Assembly: GCA_034722055.1 (NCBI GenBank)
Contig: JAYENL010000193.1
Coordinates: forward strand, 1-30,105
Direction: 5' to 3'
DNA: 30,105 nt
From: Armatimonadota bacterium
GTDB lineage: Bacteria; Armatimonadota; Zipacnadia; Zipacnadales; UBA5352
This document shows positions 7,592-17,400 of the stretch, in pieces. A program made the translations under genes and the position numbers. The stretch's first letter is position 1, and every line of letters begins with the position of its first letter. The notes below the pieces were generated by a model. It had not been told where the DNA came from. It worked only from the letters and a program-made list of their open reading frames with translations, and made no database searches.

Positions 7592-10258
7592 TTGCGCCTG
7601 CGCACGCTTGTTGCGGTGCTGATCTGCCTGGCGTCCTCGTCGCCATGGACGCACGCACAGGCCTGGGAGTTCCGGGCCGGTGAGGAGCCGACCGAGGCTC
7701 CCTATGACTGTGTCTTCACGCTCCAGACGCCCGACCAGTGGGCCCCCGAGCACGCCGCCGAGGTTGCGCTGTGCATGCAGGATGAGCGCAACTTCTACTA
7801 CCTCGAGATCCTCGACGGCGCGGCGTGGCTGGGGCGCTGTGTGGACGGCAAGAGATCGCCGCTGGCGGGGAGGATCGACATCGCTCCCGGTCAGCACGAC
7901 ATCGCGATCCAGCGGCGGGCGCGCCTGCTCCAGCTCGTCTGCGACGGTCGCCGCCTCCTCACCGCCTACGACGACCGGTTCCATGACGGCAAGGTGGCGA
8001 CCATCACCAAGGGCGGCGTCGAGCTGCAGGACCTGACGGTCCAGCCCATCGGCGAGGTCTACATGGACGACGACTTCACCCGCTCCCCCGGAGAGACGGG
8101 CCTGTGGGAGACCATCTCCGGCCAGTGGGAGAGCAGTGGGGAGGTCGCGGAGCGCCCCAAGCCGGAGCTGTCGGCGAACCCCTTCTCGTATCACGTGCAG
8201 GCCGAGGCCAGGGCGCTGGCCAGCTCGGGGTACGACTTCTGGGACAGCTACTGCTTCCGGTCGGCGGTCAAGGCCTCGGCGAACGGGGCCGTGGGGCTGG
8301 CCCTCTACCTCCAGGACGAGGGCAACTACTACCTGCTGCGGTGGTCGCGGACCGCCGGCGCGGCCGGACAGGCTGGGGGGCGCCTCCAGCTCATCAAGGT
8401 CCATGACGGCAAGTGGCAGGTGCTGGACGAGGAGGTCGATGCGCCCTACCGGCCGGACGTGTGGTACGACATGAGGATCGCCGCCGCCGACGGCTGCATC
8501 GAGGCCTACGTGGACGGCAGCCGCCGGCTGCTGGCCGTGGACGACACTTTCGTGCGCGGGAAGGTGGCCCTCTACGCCGAGGCCTGCGAGAGCGCGTTCT
8601 TCGACGACGTCCAGATCCGCAGCCACCAGCGCTACCTGGAGGGCTTCGCCTCAAAGCAGGTGCTGGAGGGGCGATGTCAGCCGCTACGTGGGCGGTGGAG
8701 TGTGCAGAGGGAGCACCTCTACGGGTCCGCTGGCCGCGAGGGCCACGCCTACGCCGTAACCGGCGCGCCGTCGTGGAGCGATTACGTGCTGGACGCCATG
8801 GTCAAGCTCAAAGAGGCCCAGCAGGTGGGTCTCCTGTTCTGCTACCAGGGACCGGGCGATTACTACCTGGTGCGCTGGGGCGCCACGCCCCGCGGGCAGG
8901 GCACGCGCGAGCTGCTTCGCGTCTCTGGCGGCGAGCAGCGGATGCTGGCGACCACCACCTTCAGGTGCATCCGGGACCGCTTCGAGAGAGTCCGGGTCGG
9001 CTGTCACCGGGGGCATATCACCCTGGAGGTTGACGGCCGGCTGGCGCTGGAGGCGGCCGATACCACCTTCACCGGGGGCCAGGTCGGCTTCTACGTCCGC
9101 GGCCGGGAGGAGGCCTGCTTCGACGACGTCAGCGTCTGGTTCCCCCAGCCGCCCCCTCCGCCGCCCGCCATCACCGAGCAGTTCACCAAGGAGGATACCA
9201 TGGCCGGTTGGGTCTCGCCGGAGGCCTGCTGGCGCTCGATTGAGGGAGACAAGTACGTCTATAGCCTGCCGCTGTTCACTGACTACCAGGTCGAGGTCCA
9301 GCTCCAGGGCCTCGCGGAGGAGAACGGCTCGCTGGACCTCTATCTCGGTACCGGCGAGAACCTGACCGGTGGCGCCCGTCTGAGGGCCAGCGCCGAGGGC
9401 GGCGCCTTGAGCGCCGAGCTGGCCGTGGGCGACCGGGTCATGGCCCAGGGCAAGGCCACTACGGAGATGCCGTCACCCCGGCTGGTTGCCGAGCGGCGCG
9501 GGAGCGTCATCACTGCCTCGCTGGTGGATGAGCTCGGGGAGGCCATCATCCTGGCCCATCAGGTGGGCGGCGCGGCCTCCGGTGACTACCTCGGCTTCGA
9601 GCGCGGCGGCCTGTCGGCCGGTCCGGCGCAGATCGCGGTCCGCAGCGACGGCATCCTGGACGAGACCTTCAGCGGCGCACCCACCTCATGGCGTTCCGGC
9701 TCGGGGATCTGGGAGGTGCACGACCGCTGGCCCTGCTACCCGGGCTGGTCGTGGTTCGGCGGCCGCGACGAGGAGGGCGAGCCGAAGAATCCCATCCTGT
9801 GGTCCAAGGACCTCTGGACGGGCGAGCTGGTCCTCGAGGTCTGGTCGGCCCTCATCATGGACCTGCCCCAGGAGCCCGGCTACTCGGACCCCAGCGACCT
9901 CAACTGCACCATCTGCGCCAACGGGCGCGATCTGTGCAGCGGCTACAGCTTCATCTACGCGGGGGACCACAACAAGCACGCCAAGATGATGCGCGGCAAT
10001 GAGGTCGTGGCCGAGAATCCCGAGGGGCACTTCGTCAATCCGGTCAGCCCCAACGCGGACTTCCATCGCCACTGGTTCAAGACCAGGGTGCACAAGCGCG
10101 GCGGCCACATCGAGTACTACGTGGACGATAAGCTGATGGTTCAGTACGACGATCCCCAGCCGCTCTCCGACGGCGGCATCGCCCTGTGGAGCTACAATAA
10201 CGGCATCCTCGTCTCCAGAGTCCGCATCAGCGCCGAGCACAGAACGCCCGGAGGCTGA
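7592..10258 (+). CDS. Secreted protein with repeated ConA/LamG-like (DUF1080 / 3-keto-disaccharide hydrolase-like) domains
   Basis: 888-aa ORF with TTG start and signal-like N-terminus. Recurring units: NFYYLE/NYYLLRW/DYYLVRW; D..F..GKVA/GQVGF/GGIAL; FFDDV/CFDDV. Family assignment is from pattern recognition only. Confidence 0.7.
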   Translation: MRLRTLVAVLICLASSSPWTHAQAWEFRAGEEPTEAPYDCVFTLQTPDQWAPEHAAEVALCMQDERNFYYLEILDGAAWLGRCVDGKRSPLAGRIDIAPGQHDIAIQRRARLLQLVCDGRRLLTAYDDRFHDGKVATITKGGVELQDLTVQPIGEVYMDDDFTRSPGETGLWETISGQWESSGEVAERPKPELSANPFSYHVQAEARALASSGYDFWDSYCFRSAVKASANGAVGLALYLQDEGNYYLLRWSRTAGAAGQAGGRLQLIKVHDGKWQVLDEEVDAPYRPDVWYDMRIAAADGCIEAYVDGSRRLLAVDDTFVRGKVALYAEACESAFFDDVQIRSHQRYLEGFASKQVLEGRCQPLRGRWSVQREHLYGSAGREGHAYAVTGAPSWSDYVLDAMVKLKEAQQVGLLFCYQGPGDYYLVRWGATPRGQGTRELLRVSGGEQRMLATTTFRCIRDRFERVRVGCHRGHITLEVDGRLALEAADTTFTGGQVGFYVRGREEACFDDVSVWFPQPPPPPPAITEQFTKEDTMAGWVSPEACWRSIEGDKYVYSLPLFTDYQVEVQLQGLAEENGSLDLYLGTGENLTGGARLRASAEGGALSAELAVGDRVMAQGKATTEMPSPRLVAERRGSVITASLVDELGEAIILAHQVGGAASGDYLGFERGGLSAGPAQIAVRSDGILDETFSGAPTSWRSGSGIWEVHDRWPCYPGWSWFGGRDEEGEPKNPILWSKDLWTGELVLEVWSALIMDLPQEPGYSDPSDLNCTICANGRDLCSGYSFIYAGDHNKHAKMMRGNEVVAENPEGHFVNPVSPNADFHRHWFKTRVHKRGGHIEYYVDDKLMVQYDDPQPLSDGGIALWSYNNGILVSRVRISAEHRTPGG

Positions 10259-10311
10259 GCATTGGCGCCACAGGCGTCAGTCGCGCCGCCTCACGGTGCC
10301 TCACTCTTGCC

Positions 10312-11370
10312 TCAGGCTTGAGTTGAGCCGGGCTGCTCCGCAGACTCGCTCTCGGCGTCAACCGGGGTCACGTGCACGAAGCGGTAGCCGCGTGCCTCAA
10401 AGGCCCTCCGTACCTCGGTCACGTCCACGCCCTCGGAGAGCACCCCGGTGATGGCTCCGCCCGACCCCGTGAACTTCGCCGGCAGGCCGAAGTCGCGCGC
10501 CATCCCGATCATCTCGAGGTTGCCCTCGCCGATCACCTCATCCCCGTAGATCCGCCGACGCAGGTCGAAGTTGCGGTCCATCAGGCGACCGAACTCCTCC
10601 ACGTTGCCAGCCTCCAGCGCCGCACGCCCAAGGTCGGCATAGCGGGCGAACTGAGCCATGGCCCCCCGCACCTCTGGGTCGCCGTTATCGTATCGGTAGT
10701 GGATGAGATTATGCGCCTTGCCCGAGCTGGTTGTGGAGTGCGGGATGTACGCCAGATACAGCTCCGGAAGCAGGTCCAGGGCCAGCTTCTCGTAGAGCCC
10801 GTGGCCGTGCTCCCTCATATACTCGGGGGCGAAGTCCATGTACGTGAGGCCGCCATAGACCTGCGCCACGCGGTCCTGGAGGCCGGCCTTGATCCCCAGC
10901 TCCTGCTCAACAGAGAGCGCGAGTTGGGGCTGCAGCTCTCGGGGGATCTCCCGCTCCGTCAGGCCGTGGAACTGCATCAGGCACTGCAGCGCGCCGACGA
11001 CGATGGCGCTCGACCCGCCCAGCCCCACCTGGCGGGGGATGGTGGTGTCGTACTCGATGGTGAAGTTCGCCTCGCGAAGCGGCACACCGTTGTCAGTGCA
11101 GTACTCATAGAAGCGCTTGCAGGCCGCGTACAAGAGCCTGGTGCCGCCGTAGTAGCCGTCCTCCTCGGCGATTCGGTGGAGCTCGGCCAGGCTCTCGAAA
11201 ACGAACGGGTCGTGCCGCGGGTGACGCCTGATAGTGAGCTCTGGGCTCTCCCACAGGCGCAGGATGGCAGCGAAGTCCCTGACCTGCACGGTGAGGGTCT
11301 TGCCGCCGAAGCCGTCCGACGGGTTGCCCAGGAGGCCCATGCGCGAGTATGTCGAGCGCTCGATGATCAT
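10312..11370 (-). CDS. GHMP-family sugar kinase, glucuronokinase-like
   Basis: RMGLLGNPSDGFGGK, GYYGGTRLL, GHMP ATP loop IPRQVGLGGSSA, ELGIKAGLQDRVAQVYGG, AKFTGSGGA. These match my recollection of plant/eukaryotic glucuronokinases. Start ATG 11370 after AGAGGA. Confidence 0.85.
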   Translation of the reverse strand: MIIERSTYSRMGLLGNPSDGFGGKTLTVQVRDFAAILRLWESPELTIRRHPRHDPFVFESLAELHRIAEEDGYYGGTRLLYAACKRFYEYCTDNGVPLREANFTIEYDTTIPRQVGLGGSSAIVVGALQCLMQFHGLTEREIPRELQPQLALSVEQELGIKAGLQDRVAQVYGGLTYMDFAPEYMREHGHGLYEKLALDLLPELYLAYIPHSTTSSGKAHNLIHYRYDNGDPEVRGAMAQFARYADLGRAALEAGNVEEFGRLMDRNFDLRRRIYGDEVIGEGNLEMIGMARDFGLPAKFTGSGGAITGVLSEGVDVTEVRRAFEARGYRFVHVTPVDAESESAEQPGSTQA

Positions 11371-11509
11371 GGTCGGCCGCGCGTTCCTCTGCTGGTAGTG
11401 ATACAAGCAATGGGTGTCGGGCTGGAAGCTGACAGCGCGCTGTAGTGCGCTCTCACCTGCGCCTGACATACGCCCTCAGGCGCAGGCCGACCTACGCGAG
11501 TATTGCGGG

Positions 11510-12640
11510 CTAGGAAGCGGCGTGCTCCCTGACCGCCGCCTCCAGCGTGGCCATCAGCTCGTCGAACGGGTTGTTGAACTTCTCGATGCCCTCGTCCACG
11601 AGCTGGGCGGTCACCTCGTCGATGTCAATGCCCACCTCCGGCAGCAGCTCCAGCACCTCGCGGGCCTCATCGACGCCCTCCTCCAGCCGATCCTCGGGAT
11701 CGCCGTGGTCGCGGTAGGCGTCGATCGTCCTCATCGGAAGCGTGTTGACCGTCTTGGGGCCGATCAGCGGCTCCACGTACTTCACGTCGCTGTACTCCGG
11801 GTTCTTGGTGCTCGTGCTGGCCCACAGCAGGCGCTGGACCCGAGCGCCGTGATCCCTCAGCCTCTGGAACCGGGCGTCATCGAAAATGTCCTTGTAGATC
11901 TGGTAGGCGACCTTCGCGGAGGCAATGGCGACCTGGCCGCGGAGCCTCCCGGCGATCTCTGCCTCCCGGCCCTCGCCCTCCATCTTGGCCTCCAGCATGG
12001 GATCCACCAGCACGTCGATGCGGCTGAGGAAGAAGCTGGCCACGGACGCGATCCGGTCCACTGGCTCCCCGCGCTCGACCCGCTCCTCCAGGCCCGAGAT
12101 GTAGGCGTCGGCCACCCCCCGATACCGGGGCAGCCCGAACAGCAGCGTGACGTTGACGTTGATGCCCTCGCTGATGAGCTGCTGGATGGCCGGCAGGCCC
12201 TCCACCGTAGCCGGGACCTTGATCAGCAGGTTCGGGCGGTCCACCTTCTCCCACAGCAAGCGGGCCTCATCGATGGTGCCTGCGGCGTCTCTCGCAAGGT
12301 GCGGGTCAACCTCCAGGCTCACGAAGCCGTTCCGCCCGTCGGAGTCATCGTAAAGGGAGCGGAGCAGGTCCGTCGCGCTCTGGATGTCCTCCACGGTAAG
12401 CGTCTCGTAGATCTCCTGCGCACGCTTGCCCTGCTGCGCCAGCTCTGCGATGGCGCCCTCGTAGTCGTCCGTCTGGGCGATGGCCTTCTCGAAGATGGCG
12501 GGATTGGAGGTCACGCCGCGGATGCCATCCTCCTCGATCAGCCGCTGCAGCTCACCTGACGTGATCAGCCCGCGCCTGAGGAAGTCCAGCCAGATGCTCT
12601 GGCCGTACTTCTGCAGCTTCAGGAGGGGATTGTCAGCCAT
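11510..12640 (-). CDS. tal: Transaldolase (long ~375-aa type)
   Basis: GQSIWLD, GVTSNPAIF, GFVSLEVDP, Schiff-base lysine in LIKVPAT, NVNVTLLF, SVASFFLSRID, QRLLWASTSTKNP. ATG 12640 preceded by GAGGAG. Confidence 0.96.
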   Translation of the reverse strand: MADNPLLKLQKYGQSIWLDFLRRGLITSGELQRLIEEDGIRGVTSNPAIFEKAIAQTDDYEGAIAELAQQGKRAQEIYETLTVEDIQSATDLLRSLYDDSDGRNGFVSLEVDPHLARDAAGTIDEARLLWEKVDRPNLLIKVPATVEGLPAIQQLISEGINVNVTLLFGLPRYRGVADAYISGLEERVERGEPVDRIASVASFFLSRIDVLVDPMLEAKMEGEGREAEIAGRLRGQVAIASAKVAYQIYKDIFDDARFQRLRDHGARVQRLLWASTSTKNPEYSDVKYVEPLIGPKTVNTLPMRTIDAYRDHGDPEDRLEEGVDEAREVLELLPEVGIDIDEVTAQLVDEGIEKFNNPFDELMATLEAAVREHAAS

Positions 12641-12684
12641 TGTTCTCTCTCCTCGTCTCCAGCTCGTGCACCTTTGCCGTCTCT

Positions 12685-12697
12685 GTGTATCATACAC
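12685..12697. promoter_or_regulatory. Perfect palindrome GTGTAT-C-ATACAC overlapping the putative -10 box; candidate repressor operator
   Basis: 6-1-6 inverted repeat seen directly. The GT...AC pattern is compatible with GntR-family operators (inference). Confidence 0.4.
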
Positions 12698-12717
12698 GCC
12701 CTGCCGGCTGAGGGCAA
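12689..12717 (-). promoter_or_regulatory. Putative sigma70-type promoter of tal
   Basis: Minus strand TTGCCC (12717-12712), exactly 17 nt, then TATGAT (12694-12689), about 50 nt upstream of the tal ATG. Confidence 0.6.
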
Positions 12718-12891
12718 TGGACGTAGCGCCCAGCGTGGTCCTTAGATCGCCGGTAGCGGGTGGGGCGCCCGCTGCCGCCGCATGGAGCCCCAACATTCGT
12801 TGCCGTGCCGTTGAGGGCCGGCTCGAACGACAATCGCCCTCCGGGCGGGGCTGTGGCTGCGGGGAGAGGCGCCCAAGCGCCTCCGGGCGAT

Positions 12892-12914
12892 GGCCGGCTG
12901 GAAGCCGGCCCCAC
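12892..12914 (-). repeat. Solitary REP-like palindrome with GTGG head
   Basis: Minus strand GTGG-GGCCGGCT-TCC-AGCCGGCC: 8-bp stem, 3-nt loop and a GT(A/G)G head as in RAYT-associated REPs. Intergenic, just after the sulfatase stop, with no U-tract. Confidence 0.5.
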
Positions 12915-12954
12915 GGGTCTCCCTGGGACGCGGGACACTGCTCAGCGGACGCCG

Positions 12955-14376
12955 TCAGCGGTCGATGTTCTCCGGCAGCGCAATGCCCGCCTCCTGGAGC
13001 GTAGCCTTCCACTGCTGCCGCGTCTGTCCCGGGCCGGGGAAGTAGAGCGTGGGCGTGTGGGCCTCGCGCATGATAGCCTCGACCTCATCCACCACACCAG
13101 GCATGTCCGCGGCCAGATCCCGCTCCTCCTCCGGGTCCTCCAGGGCGTGATACAGCTCGATGGGGCGCTCGGGATGCGGCCGATAGGCGTACCAGTCCTC
13201 CAGGCGCACCGCCTGCTCGTCACGCAGCTCCCAGTACAGGTACTCGGGCGCGCGCTGCCGCTCCGGCTCCCCCACCAGTGTCGGTGCGATAGACACGCCA
13301 TCGATGTCCGCGGGCGGACTGACTCCCGCAAGCTCCGCCGCCGTGGGCATCAGGTCCCAGAAGGCCCACGGGTGATCGCTGGTGGTTCCGGACTGAATGC
13401 GGTTCGGCCAGCGAGCGACGGTGGGAACCCGCACGCCTCCCTGATGGCAGTTCCCCTTGGCGCCCTTCCAGGGGCCGCGGTGATGGAAGAACTCGTCCAG
13501 GGAGGGCCCCAGCTCCAGGCCCGCCATGCTGTAGCCGTTGTCGGAGGTGAAGAAGATCAAAGTGTCGTCCGCGCATCCCAGCTCCTCCAGCAGGTCCAAC
13601 AGCCGCCCCACGGCATCGTCCATGCGGGTGATCATACCGGCCCAGATCTTGTGGCTGAGCGTCGGCCAGTCCAGGTCGGTGTAGGGCCCCAGCTCCGGCA
13701 CCTCCAGCGCCAGGTGCGGGATGGTGTAGGCCAGATAGAGGAAGAAGGGGCGGTCGTGATTGTCGCGCACGAACTCCTCTGATGCCTCGGCGTAGACGTC
13801 GAACGAGTAGCGGGCGCTGTCGGGGTCGTCCATGCCGTTGGGGATGATGCGGCCCTGATCGTCGTACTCGTTGGGCTCCTTGTGGTTGTGGCCCCGGTGC
13901 TGGGGGAAGTAGATGCGCTCCTGGTTCCGCCACAGGTACTCCGGGTAGTAGTTGTGGGCCTTGCGCTGGTTCAGGTAGCCGCAGAACTCATCGAAGCCCT
14001 TGTTGTTGGGGATGCCGGGCTGGTCCCAGACCGCCAGCCCCCACTTGCCGAACAGCCCGCAGGCGTAGCCCGCCTCCTGCAGCACCTCCGCCACCGTGAC
14101 GTCGTCGGGCTGCAGGGTGTGGCGATACCCGCCGGGGGCCGCGTTGTCCCGCACGGTGGCATGGCCCTGGTGCAGCCCCTGCATCAGCGATGATCGCGAG
14201 GGCGCGCACAGCGGCGAGCCGCTGTGGCACTGCGTGAACCGCATGCCCTCTGCGGCAAGACGGTCGATATTCGGCGTCAGGATCCTCTCCTGGCCGAAGC
14301 ACCCCGGGTCACCCCAACTCAGGTCATCGGCCATGATCCAGATGATGTTGGGCCTCTCGGGCCTCTCCTCACTCAT
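12955..14376 (-). CDS. Arylsulfatase-family (formylglycine-dependent, Cys-type) sulfatase
   Basis: RPNIIWIMADD, CAPSR (CxPxR), GYACGLFGKWGL, PFFLYLAYTIPH, FFTSDNG, GGVRVP. ATG 14376 after AAGGAG; no signal peptide evident. Confidence 0.95.
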   Translation of the reverse strand: MSEERPERPNIIWIMADDLSWGDPGCFGQERILTPNIDRLAAEGMRFTQCHSGSPLCAPSRSSLMQGLHQGHATVRDNAAPGGYRHTLQPDDVTVAEVLQEAGYACGLFGKWGLAVWDQPGIPNNKGFDEFCGYLNQRKAHNYYPEYLWRNQERIYFPQHRGHNHKEPNEYDDQGRIIPNGMDDPDSARYSFDVYAEASEEFVRDNHDRPFFLYLAYTIPHLALEVPELGPYTDLDWPTLSHKIWAGMITRMDDAVGRLLDLLEELGCADDTLIFFTSDNGYSMAGLELGPSLDEFFHHRGPWKGAKGNCHQGGVRVPTVARWPNRIQSGTTSDHPWAFWDLMPTAAELAGVSPPADIDGVSIAPTLVGEPERQRAPEYLYWELRDEQAVRLEDWYAYRPHPERPIELYHALEDPEEERDLAADMPGVVDEVEAIMREAHTPTLYFPGPGQTRQQWKATLQEAGIALPENIDR

Positions 14377-14404
14377 GGGCACTGCTCCTTCATCCGTCGG
14401 CATT

Positions 14405-17400
14405 TCAGTCCGCCTCCAGGACCTCAATGCGGTCGATCATCAGATTCCGGTCCTCGGGCGGCGCGTGCAGGTCGTTGATGAAGCTCAGCCGCAGCGTGTG
14501 CTGGCCCTCGGTGAGGCTGACCGCCATGGGATAGGCCAGCCAGCCCTCTCCCTCCAGCTCCACCTGGCCGACCTTCCGGCCGTCAACGCTCAGCGCGATG
14601 ACAGGGAACTCGCCTTCCGCCGGCGTCCCGCTGGCCACGATGCGCAGCACGTAGCGGCCCGCCTGCTGGCAGCGCACCGGCCCCTCGATGTAGCCCTCGT
14701 CGCCCAGGTAGGCGTGGCCTCGGTCGGCGCGATACCAGCTCATCTCGGGATCGTGCTCCAGGGTCTCGGCCTCAATGACGGTACCCGCGCCGGCGCTGAA
14801 CTGCGCACCCAGCCCGGTCAGCAACCCGCAGATGTAGCGGGCGGCCTTCCGCGTGTTCCGCTCTGTCCCCGCCCAGTCGATCTCGTCCACGACCACGCGT
14901 CCCGGCTCCGCCTCCAGCACCGCCACGGCCGGCGGCGAGGTGAGAAAGGTTACCCCCGGGCGCGGCTCATCGCGCGCCAGCAGGATGCTCTGCACGTGGA
15001 GGTTGCGATCCTCGTCGGGCGGCCTGTAGAGGTCGTTGGTGAAGCGCACCGTCACGACGTGCTCGCCCGCCGCGAGGCGGCCGAAGGTCGTATAGGTGTC
15101 GAACTCCCCCTGCTGGCAGGCGAACTGGCCGAAGCGCTCGCCGTCCACCAGGATCGCGCCGGCCGGCCAGGTGCCCTCCGCCTGGGTCCCGCCCGCCACC
15201 ACCCCGATGATGTACTCCCCGTCCTCAGGGGCGTCGATGGTCACCGAGGCGGACGATCCTCCGCTGGACAGGTGCACCGAGTCCTCGCGACGCTCCGCCA
15301 CCGCGCCCTCCACCTGCATCTGCTCGTAGGAGTACTTTGTGACCTCCCTCCCCTCGAGGCTCTTGGCGAAGACGAAGTCCGTCATCTCATCCGACAGCGG
15401 CTTCGTGGCCCAGGAGTAGGCCGCCCGGGCCTCGCCCAGCCAGTAGAGGTCCTCGTTGGCGAAGCAGGCCGAGAGCGGGTGCGCGTCCGGCACACGAGTG
15501 GCCGGGCCCTCGTACGGCGTCAGCTCAAGCCCCGCCTCCGGGAGCATCGCCTCGAACTCCTGCGGCGTGACGCCATGCAGCAGCAGCGTGCCGCCGCGGC
15601 CGACGAGCCGGCCGATCTCTGCTCGCGCCTCGCGCAGCCCCGCCAGCGGGCTGCAGGCGATCAGCAGGTCGATCCGCCCCCAGTCGGCCGCCGCAGGATC
15701 GTTCGTGATGTCCATCGGGTCCAGGCCGATGCCGCGCAGGTAGCGCCGGACCTGGGGATCGGGGCAGAACAGGGCGGTCCGCTGCACGGTGGGCTCGAAG
15801 CCGGCGAGGTAGTCGATGGCGTTCTGCAGCAGCAGGCCCGCCGCCGGCTCCACGCCCAGGCGCTCCGCCAGCCTCATCTGGCACAGCAGCATCGTGCCCC
15901 GGCCCTGCGGCAGCTCCAGCATCGGCGCGTGCGCGATCCCCGCCCGGCTGCCGGAGACCACGATGGCTCGGAAGGCACCGCGGTGGGGCTGCTCCGGCTC
16001 CGGCGCGGTCACCACGTGGTCGGTGCGCCACCACTTCAGGTCCGGGGGCCTGATCCCCGCCAGCACCGGGTGATCCGGCATCTGCGGGAAGGTCATGGTG
16101 GAGGTGTGGTCCGTCAACTGCACCGGGACCGCCCCGGCCGGATAGTACGTCTGCTCCACCACCAGCGCGCGTCCACCGCCTCGCACGAACTCCGTCAGCG
16201 CTGCCTGCGCGCTGGCACCGCCGATCACCGGGACCGCGTCCTCCTCCGGCTTCCACGCGCCGGCCCCGATAACCAGCACGTCGCAGTCGGCGTCCGCCAG
16301 GTCCACAACGCGCTCGAACTCAAGCCCGGCGGCCGCCAGCTTATCCGCGGTGGTCCCGGGCGGGTCGTAGACGCCCACCGCGGCGCCGGCCGGCGTCCGC
16401 AGCGACAGGCGCGGGAAGATCGAGCACTGCCTCTCATCCCGGAAGGCCTCGCGCCCGGCCTTCTCCACCACGATGCTGAGGGTCGCTTCCATCCGCTCCG
16501 TGACCTCGGGCATCGCCAGCGCGAACTCCATCTCCCGGCGCTCGCCTGGCTGCATCCCCCGCAGCTCCTGCTCGCCGGCGTCGTGCGTCGCGTTGCCGCT
16601 GTCGAGGGACCAGCGCACCGTGAGGTCGGACTCCTCCAGCACATCGTTGTAGACGTCCGCGGTGCGCCCCACCTCCTCGCCGGAGTAGAAGCTATGGTCA
16701 TACTCCCGCAGGTACGCAGCCAGCGGCTCCATGGCCCACTTCTGGGCGGCGAAGAGCGGATTCTCCGCTCCCTGCAGCACCCCGCTGGAGTTGACCGTCC
16801 AGGGGGACATCGCGCCCACTTCGTAGTAGCGGTAGGCCTGCGTGGCCATCCGCCACGACTGCGCCTTCGCCCTGAGCGCATACCCCCTGTAATCGAGGTA
16901 GGCCTCATCGCCGAAGAAGACCGTGTGCCATGACGGGTCGGACGACGGGATCCATAGATACTCGCCGATGTACAGCGGCTTCTCGCGCGTCCAGACCCAG
17001 TCCTCACCATCGAACATGTGCCCGATGTCCTTGAGCCCATCCATCCAGTACGCGGTATTGGGCCACTTCGTGTGCTCCGGGTACTCGTGCGGATAGTGGA
17101 TGCCGATGGCGTCGGCGACGCCCAGGGGATCGCCCTCGGACTCGTAGTAGATGGGCCGCGTCGGGTCCCACCGGCGCAGCAGCTCGCCCATCCGCGCCAG
17201 GTCGTGCCTGGCGGGGGACTCCTCGTTCATCCGCGGGCCGTACATCTCGTTCTCGAGGCTGTACATGACCACCGAGGGGTTATTGCGCGATCGTTTGGCC
17301 ATGGCCCGCAGGTGCTCCGCGTAGTTGTCCCAGAACCGCTCGTCGTAGATGCGATAGACGGTGTCGTCATTCCAGATGGCGCCCTCCGGCACCATCATCA

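Noticed and set aside
5991..7658. N-terminal ~555 aa of the 1645-aa ORF-track call
   Set aside because: Mostly antisense to the 6231-7517 gene, which has an RBS, signal peptide and internal repeat; SHMT-like similarity starts only below ~5900.
10259..10311. Bidirectional terminator between convergent genes
   Set aside because: Only a short GGCGC/GCGCC stem and no T-runs.
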